A DNA stretch of 64,000 nucleotides from assembly GCF_964355755.1 (NCBI RefSeq), contig NC_092675.1:28492912-28556911 (forward strand). Direction: 5' to 3'. Made by a program: the position numbers and the translations under genes. Source of the DNA: Antedon mediterranea. Its lineage: Eukaryota; Animalia; Echinodermata. Below the pieces are notes generated by a model. It had not been told where the DNA came from. It saw only the letters and a list, made by a program, of their open reading frames with translations, and ran no database searches. Shown one piece after another: positions 49,579 through 62,300 of the stretch. Each line of letters opens with the position of its first letter. Position 1 is the stretch's first letter.

Positions 49579-52500
49579 AATGACAATTAAAAGGCAGCTT
49601 CTTCATAGACCAGGTTGAGATGATAGATGATATAAAAAAATCAATTAAAAGCACAGATGGTTGAAGAAAATAACTTCTTATCAGACCGGGTTGAGATGAT
49701 AGATTATTTAACATATCAGCTACTAACACAGCTGATGGAATATTAAAGACTAGTTTCAGTTAGCTGAACAACTATTACTGTAGCTTAAAGTAGTGTTCTA
49801 AGAAGCACTGAAAAAACGGCGAGACACTAGATAAGCGATTATTATTAAACAAAATGGACTTAAACAGACTACTGAAAACAATACAATTAGGTGATATTCA
49901 TCTCTCTAATTCAAAATTATTTTCATAGAAATCATTTGTTTTTAAAATTAGAAGAACTTAAATGAACAACAAATGAATATATCATTTGTATATTTTAGAA
50001 TAAAGATGACAAAAAAATGTGCATCGTGTATTATATTGTACATAATTTATATTGTTTGTAGATTTTTAGAATGATTTTCAAAGACACCAATACCTATCAC
50101 AGAATAACTGTACAAATAAAATCGTCATACTGTATACATACATTCTCTTGTAGTATTTCTTGTACAATTTTATTGACCAGCTCTCTATATACAGTGGACC
50201 CATACTGTACAAAACCAAGGTGTACACTTCCTGACTCCTTTAATGTATTCCGGCACGGTTCTGTTCAGGCTCCGGCAAATCAAAACGAACGTCAATGTTA
50301 CAGTTTCACGTGGCTACGCACAAAATGAAACATGGACGTTCGTTTTGATTTGCCAGGGGCAGACGGACCGGAACAGATGTGAAAGACCCTTTATTCAGGA
50401 AACCACTCAATAACTAAAAGTACTGTTTGATTTTTTGACACCTCTTCATTTTGACAACTCCTTTAGCTACATCTCTAATGGTGTATTCATCAATCAATAA
50501 TTTTGAAAGATCTTTTTCTTCATAATGGAAACAGAAATTTCCGTTAAAAAAATGTCTTTGTATAATTGTTGTAACAAACCAACTACTAATAATATCTATT
50601 AAGCTCTATCTACACTATCAAACTTTATGTGACAACAAAATGTTTAGGCATATATATATATATATATCACTTTTTTGTCAAACTAGTTTGATATAGAGCT
50701 TTACACTCATTGATGACAATTTCTACTAAATGTGTGTTTATATACTATTGTTGCTGTCTCACATCTCATCCCTTTGTCTCCTTCAATGTTTGTCCAATTC
50801 AATCCTTCTTATGCTTATTGTGGAAATATATTGATGAATTTATTTTGTTTTCAAACAAATGACAAGCGCAATATAATGGCACAAGAATATTATTCGTAAA
50901 ATTATCTTCAGTTTATTATTAATAATCATAATTCTGTGAACCGTTATCATAAGATATTTGTCTCTTTCTAGATATGTTTATCACACTATCTAGCTGTTTA
51001 TCTGCTAGAAATTAAAAACATAATTGTAAAATGTCTGAAAAATGATGGTATTTGATTTAAGTTTATTCTTAATGGAATAAAAGCCAGCAAAAGCCCAAAA
51101 CAGAATATTAGTATACTATCAAACTATGTTTAAAAAAAATGTAATGTGCCCATATATGGACACGATGTCATATCACTACCATATTTAGGCATATCACTAC
51201 CATCACACTTGTTTTGTCAAACTAGTTTGATAGTGTAGACAGAGTTTTAGATTAATGTTCTAGGTACAGCATGCGTTGGTCCAAGTAGTACAACCCACTC
51301 ACTTCGTATGGCTACAACCCACTCACCAAGTACGTGTACAACTCACTGTGTATGAGGCCACCACCCTCTCCCCAGGAAAGAGCGAAATTTCACTCTTCCC
51401 TGGTCTCACTATGTACTAATCTAGGAATAATATACAACTTGGCAATATTTCATTTAAACAATATAACTTATATAATACAATCGAATATCTTGAAAGAAAA
51501 TTACCTACAAATAGATTCCAAACATATCCCATGCTTTTAAGTATTAACAGATTCTTTAATATATATGAATACATGAATGGACTAATATAAAAACAAAAAC
51601 TGAAATAAAACTGACATAAAAAAATTATTGGGAAAAAAAATGATTTAGCTTGTAATATTAAAACATGGAAATAAAAAAGTAAAAACGAAATTATTCTATA
51701 AGAATATTATTTTGTAGAATATAATCTAAAAATAGAAAAATTATAATAAAATTCAATATATTAAATAAAAATACTGCAAGTATAAAGGTATGGTATATTT
51801 CAATTTATAATACAACTATAATTTGTACATTAACATATATAAAGAATAATGGTCAATTTATTGAAAACGCTTAGAATAATAATATAGTATTCTAGTCAAA
51901 CACCAGTTGTAACGGAATGATCTGATCAAAACAATTGCACCGGCATTTTTAGACTAAGTACCTACAAACCAAAATAATATGATATATATAATTATACAAA
52001 ATAATTGCCATACCGTTAGTGACTTCCAATCTAATATAGATAAGTACGCAGAATTTGTATGGTCTATAATATTTCACTGTTTCACAAAAGTTTTCTTCTA
52101 ACCTAAAATATTTATAGTTGGCATTACAAAATTAAATTTTCATAAAACGACTGTTATTTGTACCATGTATTAACTACTGTACCAGAGTCAGGTACAAGGT
52201 TTAATTTTAGGGAGGGATTCAAAGTATAGCATGGGGTGAGCTTCGGGCCTGAAAATCAGCAATGACTATTAATTGTGATTTCCAGGCTTAAACGGTTATA
52301 ATTCCAGTTAACCAATCAGCTATAATTATTCAAATTTTTAACAGATTTTTGTTAGATTAGGGTCTGTTAGTGTTACACCCACTATGGACCCACCACTGAT
52401 ACTTCTTAATAAACATTCAACCCAGTACTGTCTTTTCTTACCACTTTCATAGCTATAACTTTGCATATCTTAAATATACAGATATATATCAACATACTCA

Positions 52501-53374
52501 TCTATTATAATAAATCATGCCCTAAGTTATTTTAGTAATCTTATACAATTAAACATGTAATTTTTGTAATGTTGGGTAAATTATTTTAATAAACACATCA
52601 CTGAATAACATAGTGGTGTACAAATTTGTATGATCAATTTGATCATATTTCAAGTTATATTCTCTTATTAAAAACAAAATTTGAAAAACATTATTTTGAT
52701 ATAAAACAATGAGCACAGTTTAAGCACACTTTTCTATATAATATTAATATATGGTAAACATTTGTAAATATGAATGCTTGGTTCGAATCTTATTAAAGTC
52801 TATCTTTTTCTTTCTTTTATGAAACAACATGAGGTGATACTGTTTTTATATGTCTACAAACTTAGTTGGAAATTGAGTTGAAAACTGAAGCTAGTTAATT
52901 TAAAACGCAATCCTCTAAAGTCATCATTTTCATAAAATCTATATTTACCATATTTGGGGACAGGGTATACTCTAATTGAATTGACACATTCTAGTTATAG
53001 TGTACAGAATTCACTACCAATATCTTGCTAAAGCTTCTTGCTATCTCTAAAGCTCTGTTTACACTATCAGTGCTATATTTGAGTCCAAATATGGTAGTGA
53101 TATTCCCAAATATAGTAGTGGTATGACATCATGTCCATATATGGGCACATCACATATTTTTATCACATCAAGTTTGATAGTGTGGACAGAGCTTTAGGGT
53201 TTGTCAACGACACAATCACAGTGGCATTGAATATCATACACACATTCAACACTGACCTTACATAAATATTTGTATATAGATTTCATTTATACTATATACT
53301 ACAACAAGGTTCTATATTCCCTGCACTTGGGTAGTACAACTATTACTATACTACTATTATATAACACTGTGTAA

Positions 53375-56300
53375 TTAGTAGAGTGCCTTTTGTCCACTCT
53401 TTTCAAACTCCGCCCATGCATCATTTAACTCTAAGAATATAAGTTTAGCGATCTCTTCGTTTGGTGTCCCTACTTGCTTGTCAGGATGTGCGGTAAGAAC
53501 AGCTTTACGGTAAAATTTCTTAACCTACAAAAAAATAAGAATGTATTACTTATTTAATAAAACAATTGTATAAAGCTCTGTCGACACTATGAAACTTTAT
53601 GTGACAAAAAAAGTGATGGACATGACGATGATGACCAAAAATAAATTTTTAAGAATACCACTAGCACAATGTATTAGCATACAAGATATCTTTCCAATAC
53701 AAGATTAGTTTGTTTGCCCCGTATCTGTCCGTAAGCAGTTTACTTCCTAAGTTACAGTCTTCAGAGGGCAGCATACTGTAGGGAGGTCATGTGTCCAGAC
53801 AATCATATGTTTAAATTGCTGGGATATCTGCCTCCCAAATCGTATATAAAAAGGAACCTTTTAACTTACACTTTCAGGAGTGACAAGCTGGTGCATGCCA
53901 ACAGGCTTCCATCTTGCTTCGCCATCCCATAATACATCATGCATGCTGCAAATAAGTGCTCTCACATTCCTTTCCTTACCAGCAATCCATTCCCTAATCT
54001 GAAATATTAAAACAGTACATTTTGTATTAATAATATTTATCCGGCAAGTTAAAAAGTATATGATTTCCCAGGAGCAGTAATAAGTATGAACCAGAGAGGT
54101 GTAATAAGCCGAAGGGTAGAGGATGAGGAACCAACAAGATGTGTTCAAAAACATTATTTAATATAAAAAATAATAATCTAATATAATACATTAGGACTAC
54201 ATAAATTACAACACATATTCTTGTCAAAGCACAGTGAAGTTGTATATATTGTTAATTGCAATGGAATGAATAATTTCTTCGCAATCTAGTATTTTTTGTA
54301 TACGAGGACTATATAGAATGCGTTCGCGTTTATATGCTTAACACGCTGCGTTGCGTATCGTTTTCACGCAGACAGGCTCAATACAGTATATTACTACCTT
54401 AACTTGGTCAGGTCCAAGGTCCTCTAACAACGTATCTTTCCTCATTGAGTTGATTGTACGAGGTCCTTCGTTCTTATTGGACGCAGTAAAGCCTTGACCT
54501 GAGAGTAAATCACCAAAATCTGCTCTCTTAGCACCAGGTACACCAGCTAAGAAATGAAGTAATATTAATCAAATTATATATTTTTAAAATTTATACATTA
54601 AATCAAACGTTTCCATTATTATAATAATGTATTTTTGCATACAGCTTTACCACATTGAAACACCGGTTCTCGTCAAATCACCAAAGTTAAGCAACGTTGG
54701 GCCTGGTTAGAGCTTGGGATGGAAAACCATCTGAGAATATCGGGTTCTGTTGGTGCTGCAGTCCCATTAGGCATTTGAAATCAGAATTGCTGACTCTTTG
54801 CCCTTGCATCTAGTATGCGCCTCAGGCGTATTGGCTCAAGGCTTTTCCTCTGATCAAGGTGGGTACTGGATGAAAGAAGCCCTTGATCAATGATAGGACC
54901 AACCAAGGTGCTTTAAACTAATTGCCATAGATATAGCTAGATATTTGTATAAAAAACACCAATGATAGACACTTCTTAAGTTAACCAATTTGGTCAAACT
55001 ATTCCTTCATTACCTGCTGGGAAGTTACCCCTTGGTCCTCTTTCATCTCTACTTCCAAACACACTGGCACCAGCATACCCACTCGCAAAGTAATTCGGTG
55101 ATGTTTTAGATTGTGGTTGCTGAGTGGCTGGTTGAGTTTTCTTTGGTGAAGGTCGACTATATGATGGTTGAGGGTGGGCTTGATGTACCGGAGAAGACTT
55201 GGCTTGCCATGTTCCAAATGACTGGCTTTTGTTGCTACCTGCATTAGGAAGATTGCTACCAATGCTTCCTAAAGGTTAAAACAAATGTAAAAGAATATCA
55301 CTAGCAAAATGTATTAGTGCTGTATGTAACAAACATACATTTGTTAATGCTTTAAAGCAATGACGGTACAAAAATAAGTTCGTCATTCCTATACAAGATT
55401 AGTTTTGTTTGCCCCGTATCTGTCCGTAAGCAGTTAACTTCCTAAGTTACGGTCTTCAGAGGGCAGCATACTGTAGGGAGGTCATGTGTCCAGACAATCA
55501 TATGTTTATATTGCTGGGATATCTGCCTCCCAAATAAAAAACACAAATTACTGGAAAATATTTAAAAAGTTAAATTAGTAGAGGTGAATCAAAGCAAATG
55601 ATGCCTAAAGGAAAGAATAATGGAATTAAATCATCCAATTACTGATATTTGTCTCAACAACTTTAAAATGTTTCTGAAGACTGGAAAGAAACCGTATGGA
55701 ATGTGATGTGCCCATAACGGACATGATGATGTCATATCACTGCCATATTTAGGCATATCACTACCATATTTAAGCATATCACTACCATTTGGGCACATAA
55801 AACTTTTTTTTGTCAAACTATAGTTTGATAGTGTAGACAGAGCTTTACTTACCAAAGTTAGAGAATGGATCAGCAGCTGAAGGGGGTGGTTGTGGGCTTT
55901 GTCTCCTTGCTGAGTTCATATTTGAGGGTTGATGTGAACTAGTAGGTGCTGTCCTAGGACCATTCACATCCCACCCTTCCATCAGATTAGGTCCACTATT
56001 GCTTTGCTAAAAGAAGACAATGTGTTAGTAAACAGTGGTATGTAATGCTAAGTGAAAAATAAAATTTACTTTCACTTAGAAATGTATTATACTCTTTGAT
56101 AAAGATTCTGCTTATATCTTTAATCAATAGAAAAACATACAATACAGGTTTTAAAAGTTGTATAAATCTAAAATATTGGTAACAGGGATTCCCCTCTAGA
56201 ATAGTTTGCAGTATTATATAACTGGGTACACGGTAGTTATGTAAGTAACCAGAGTTGTTTGTTTTATTCGTTTGCCAAAAACATTTTAATACAAAGTAAG

Positions 56301-59300
56301 ACAAATAATTGAAAGATATAAATATATAACTAGTAATACAGTGTGTGGTAGGTCACCAAAATAAGATTGCAAAGTTTAAGTCATGGCTACCACTTAAAAA
56401 ATAAAGGAAAAAAAAGTTAAAGATATGTTTTTTTAGATAGATATTTTGCCATGCAAATACCTTTTTCCTCTTTTCCTATGAGAGTATTACGCAAACTTGT
56501 CTTTTTATAAGTTATAGTTAATCATAGTAAATGATGGAAAAAATGAAAATAAGTTAACATACCTTTTTAATAATTGCAGGCTTATCCTGAAATCCAGAAA
56601 AATCTGTAAATAGGTCATTACTGCTATGTGCTTGGCGCGTCAAAGTAGTACCATTACTCTGTGACCCAAATGGATCAAACATCATGTCATCAGTAACTGT
56701 CTTTTGTTCTACATTAATCGCTGGTGGGTGTGGAGAAGGAGCTCTTGCAGGGACGCTCGCTGCAAAGGGATCAAAGAGGTCACTAGCAGGTGGCTGAGTG
56801 TGTGTCTCTTTTACGTGAGCTTGTGCCGTGTGTTGTGGAGTGTTTGATTGCGATGACGTCGTTTGTTGTTGACTTAAGCCTGCAAATCCACCTCCAAGAA
56901 GATCAGCCTCTTGCGCTTGCCCCATTCCAGGATTGGCAAGTAGATCACCCTCTTGCGCTTGCCCTGATCCCATACCAGGATTTGCAAGCAGATCAAAATT
57001 ACTAGCCTCTGGTGGACCGGTATCAAAAAGATTCACATCATTTAATTGTTCTTGACTGTCAGTTGTTGTACTCTGTGACTTAGACCCACCCATGTTAAGA
57101 AGATCAACGATCTCTGGGGACTGCGACTGACTGGAATGTGTTGGAGAAAAGCTAGCTTCGAAAAAATTAGCATCATTTGTTTTTGCTTGCATATTTTCCT
57201 TAGAGAAATCAGCCTCAAATAACACACCATTCTTTGACGGTTCGGAATCGATGGTATGATGCACTTTAGCCCGCTCAAGGTGGAAAGAACCGAAGTCATC
57301 TCCATCATCGTCTGACTCCTCTAATAATTGTTCTCTTTGCTCTGGGTCTGGTTCATGTTTATTGTCTACCTCCTGCCATGATAGTGTTGTAAAGAATTGT
57401 GAATTAGATGATTGTTCATCGTTTACTTTATTTTCTTCCTTCGGTGCAACCATATTCTCTGTTCGTTCTGCTGCCTTTTTCTGCTTTCGTTGCGGCGTGG
57501 ATTTCTCCTTCCTATCTAAATGTTCTGTCCAAAAAAAATGAGAGTTCTAATATTGAAAATGATTGTTAAAGATGTATTGCCCTTAACTTGAAGAAGTTAG
57601 TCACTGCCATAACATAAATGATTTAACATATATTAACTTTTTTTTTTTACTATTTTTGCTTTAAACAGTTTTTAGGTAAATAATTTTGTTTTTAATTCAA
57701 TTTTCGGTCAAAGTAAATTACTATTATGTAACATTCAAATGTTTACAAACTATTTTTTCTGGGCGAAAATATATCTTTATGGATTTGTTTTGGAATACAA
57801 GGATTGTAAATAGCTTAATATTTGATAATTATATTCCATAATTACTTACTAAATTGGCTAAAAGTTTGTTTTTGTTCCTCTGGTCCACTAAAGCAATACT
57901 TTGGATTGATGCGCTGGGTGTCAAAGTTCACCCAGGGCAGTGTTTGATCTACAGCTTCATCGTTGTTTGTTACCTCCACATGAACGGAGGCTTGGAAGTT
58001 ATCACCAAACTTATCCGGTTGTTCAATGCAGTCTAGATCATACCTGAAAGATAAAATGTTAACAATATTTGTGAAAATTATATAATAAAGATTAAATCAA
58101 TCCAAGTCTACACAAAGATAAATATTGACATTACAGAATCTAAAATTAGTACTGTATATACATTTTTTATACCCCTTTCATTCAATCTTTTATTTCGGTC
58201 CATAGAAAGTAAAATCTTGAATAATTTATTATTGTTTTCATACACGTATATACGCGAACCCAAAGAAATCTTGGAAAACAAGAAGCATAGTTGCGCACTA
58301 TTTGATTACTCTGATTGGTCACTTTAATACACACGTGCGCAGTAACAACTCGGGACATCACAGAACAAAAAAAAGGCCTGTCATTTGTGTGTTTTTCTTC
58401 CAAGATTTCCCAGAGATCCCTTGTGAAACATCCCGAGATTTTCCACAAAATTGTCTTCACAATATGCAAACCTGGTTATAACTTGTTATTTTTTTTGCAG
58501 GTGTGAAAAGGGTGTAAGTTAAACTTGTTTTTTTTTCTACAGTATTTAATTTTGACTTTGTAATTTAAATGATGTTAAATAAGTTCATGTAATCAGACCT
58601 CTACATTTTACTAAAATTTTTAAAAATATGTTTGATATAAACTTACCTATCAAAGCTAATTTCTCTTTCGTTTGGCTTGATGAACCCAGTGTGGAACTGG
58701 AATTGACACATCTTCAGAGCCGTTACCTAAAAACACAATAACAATCAGAATAATTTTATATAAAAGTATGTAGAAAAATAATTAGAACATCATCAATTTG
58801 TCCAATTGAATTGGTTAAATTGAATGTCCAATTATAAAGATTTTTTGCGGATTTATTTTCTGTTATTTGTTGATTTTAAATATTGTATCTTGGTCTGTTT
58901 AAATAACATTATAATATATTATATTTTTAATATTTTATATATTATTCATCAATATTTACTATTTACAAGTACAATTTACGTATCGACAATAAATTTCAGC
59001 ATCTTGATGTACCTCCTTTTAGACTGAAAATTTCCGAATATTTTATTTCTGTTTCAGGACCGCGAATCTGGAATGATCTTGATGACAAACTAAAGCATTT
59101 TAAATCTCTTAATACTTTTCGTAAAAATTTTTAAAAATATCTTATTTCTTTATACTAATTTTAATATTATTATGATTGTAGTACACTGAAAGTATCTATT
59201 TTTATTTCATCGTTTTTATTTATTATTTTATGTAGTAAATTGTATTAGTTTAAATGTATGTGTATTGTTTCTGGGGTCTTTCTCGAGACAAGAAACTTGA

Positions 59301-62300
59301 TTTCTTCTACAGAAGACCCCAAATGATGGCTTATTACTAGTTTTCATTTATGTACACATCTATATATTATACTGTATAATGCCATTGTTGAACAAATAAA
59401 TGTTTTTTGAACTTGAACTTGAACTATATTTATTTTAATGTTATTTCCATGTTATCATTGGAAGAATAAAATTGAATATTGAGATTGATAATAAAAATAT
59501 GATTTAAATGTTGTCTAAATTGCTGTCTACACTATAAACTAGTTTGACAAAAAAGTGTGATGTGCCTAAATATGGTAGTGATCATGTCCATATATGGAGA
59601 CATCACATTTTTTTGTCACATAAAGTTTGATAGTGTACACAGAGCTTTACTTACTTTGCCCTGCATCTTGCCTCCAAACGTTGATCTAGCATGGTACACT
59701 ACTATCATAATATCACCAGCAACCTCTAACTTAATAGGGATTTCCACCTGACAGTCACTCACCCGGAAACCCTGCATTTTCTCATATTCCTGCGATGTTG
59801 TCAGAATCCTATCTTCACCGTGAAATACTTCTATAAATGGACGGCATCCGGTCCTGAAATGGATAATACACTATTAAAGTAATTCTCCATTAAGTGTCGG
59901 ATTGGTTCTTGGCGACACATTTCTTGTGTTTGTTTAGTATGCACTCCACAAAGAGGTAAAGTCATATGTTGATATATTCAGCTAAGTAAATTAGATTACT
60001 GTATTGTACTTTAGTAGTATAGTATTCACTCAATACTGTGCCACACTCATATTTAAATGCATGAGACAAAACAATAGCTTAGTTATTATCCAATAAAATT
60101 TGGCACCACCCAAGGTTCACATACTCTATACCATCAATATAGGCCCCTCCCCATGTTTTAAATATTACTTTATTATTTGTAATTACAAAGAGTATAAACA
60201 ATGTGCTACCCTCTCACATTTGAATGCATAGGACAAAACAATATTATCTTAGCCAATCAAAATTGACCCCACCCTAGGTTCACATACTGTATGGCAATCA
60301 ATATAAGCCCCTCCCATGCTTTAAATATTACTTTATCATTTGAAATACAAAGAACTAGACAATGATGACACCCACATGACCTTTGAGATGTACATAGATT
60401 TATACAATGATTAGTTGTCTATCATAGATATGGGCAAGAAACATTCATTATTATTTTATTATTTGATTTAATAGTGTGTAGGGGGCAGTTCACTTGAATC
60501 TACCTATTTTCCAACACTTTCCAAAAGTTGCTTTTTATATTGAAATTTAATATTATTGTATTTATTTTAATAGTGTATTAGAAAATGAAGTTGAAAATTG
60601 GAAGTATAGTTAGCCTACCTTTGTTTGTTATATAGAGGTACAGGGGTCAAGACCACCTTCTTTAATCGTACTGTATGAGGGTTTGGCATCACTGGTTCGT
60701 CCGCTAACATAGAACATACATATTCCATGTACCTACAAAAAAAGAAACAATTCTTATCTAGATATTCATACACGTTTATGAGGTACTAAATTATCATTTT
60801 ATTTCTAGAGCTTGGTTCACACTAGAAATGCAACACAAGGACATATTGCAAGCGAGTTGAGCAATCAGAAGCGGCAGTTCAAATAATCTATCACTTGTGA
60901 TTGGTCAAATCATGTATGTTGCGCATACATCTTACTTTGCGTCGTAGTGAGGACTTTGCTTAAGAGTATTGTATACCTTTTTTGTGATGGTGTTACCGCT
61001 GGTGGACCTCTCTTAACTTGGAACATGTACAGACTAGCATCAATAGAACGAAACATCCGACAAAATGCAAAGAATGATGCAATGACAGTCGCTGAGCTGG
61101 CTTTGCCATCCTATAAACAAAGAGCCATGTTATATAGATAATTAATCTATGTTAGCTAAGTCTAACCATCAAGTTAGTCATTGATGAAAGTAAGTCATTC
61201 ATGGCTTTCTCTGTAAGTTATAACACGAGATGCCTTTAAGGCCCATTTATACGATCAATGATATATAGATAAGCATGCATTTTTCTTACATAAAACAAAA
61301 GAAATTAGAAAGGTTTTCCTTCTTCTTTGATAAAACTAATATTTTTTTTAACTCAATCAAATGACGTCATGATTAATAAAATCGTATTGTCATGATATTA
61401 GTGCTGTTATCAATCATGACGTCATTTGATTGGACATGTGAAAATATAATTTTCATCAAAGGAAGCCTAGGTGGGATCCTATAGACATAGGATGAAAACT
61501 TGCTAGATTTCTTTGTTTTATGTATGAAAAATGCATATTTATCTATATATAGTTATTGCCCTAGTGTAAATTGGCCCTTATCCTTTATTTTTATATTGAA
61601 CATAAAGTTTATATTTAAGATTGTAAATAGCATGGAATTTGACCCTTGACCTTTGATTATTATATTATAAGGTAATATGTAAATTATTTCTAGTCATTCT
61701 CCGTAAACGGGAAAATGGCAACTTTATCGTCCTCAAAAAGTTAAGACGACAAAATTTCACGCTAATCTCCACCCACTTTATTAAAGCACATGCATAAATT
61801 ATTTATGAACACTGTCCTGTGGCTTCCCATCTTGTTTCGTAAAGTCCCTAATACCTATAGGACTTTATTGACTGACATACCTGACAATGAATAGTACATA
61901 TGTTGCTAGGATCTTTCTGAAGCCAAAGGTACATATTCCTACAAATAGTGTACAACAGAGCTAAAGTTGGTGCTCTCTTCACTGGCCAACCACAGTCAGT
62001 AACCTGTAATCAAATTTGAAATGTTGTTTGCATGGTGAATAAACACTAGTAAAGTCAGGTTTCAGGTTTTCTAAATGTAAAGTATTAATGTTTCATTAAC
62101 AACTATCTTGGAAACACATGATGTTATTTACATTTTATTCTACTTTTATAACTTATTTAGTTTATTATAAAAGATTAACAGATAAATCAGTGTATCTCTG
62201 CATTTATTAAATTTAATCTAAATAATAATAAATACACATTAATATCAAACCTTATTATTTAACTTGACTGCATTATATTTCCTCTGTGTTAAATTAAACA

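Noticed and set aside
54637-54753. Functional 5S rRNA gene
   Set aside because: Many substitutions including the internal promoter region, single copy, and no oligo-T terminator.
61090-61895. GAK PTEN-like loop HCQDGKAS lacking the CX5R arginine as a novel loss
   Set aside because: This is the known pseudo-phosphatase state of auxilin/GAK proteins.
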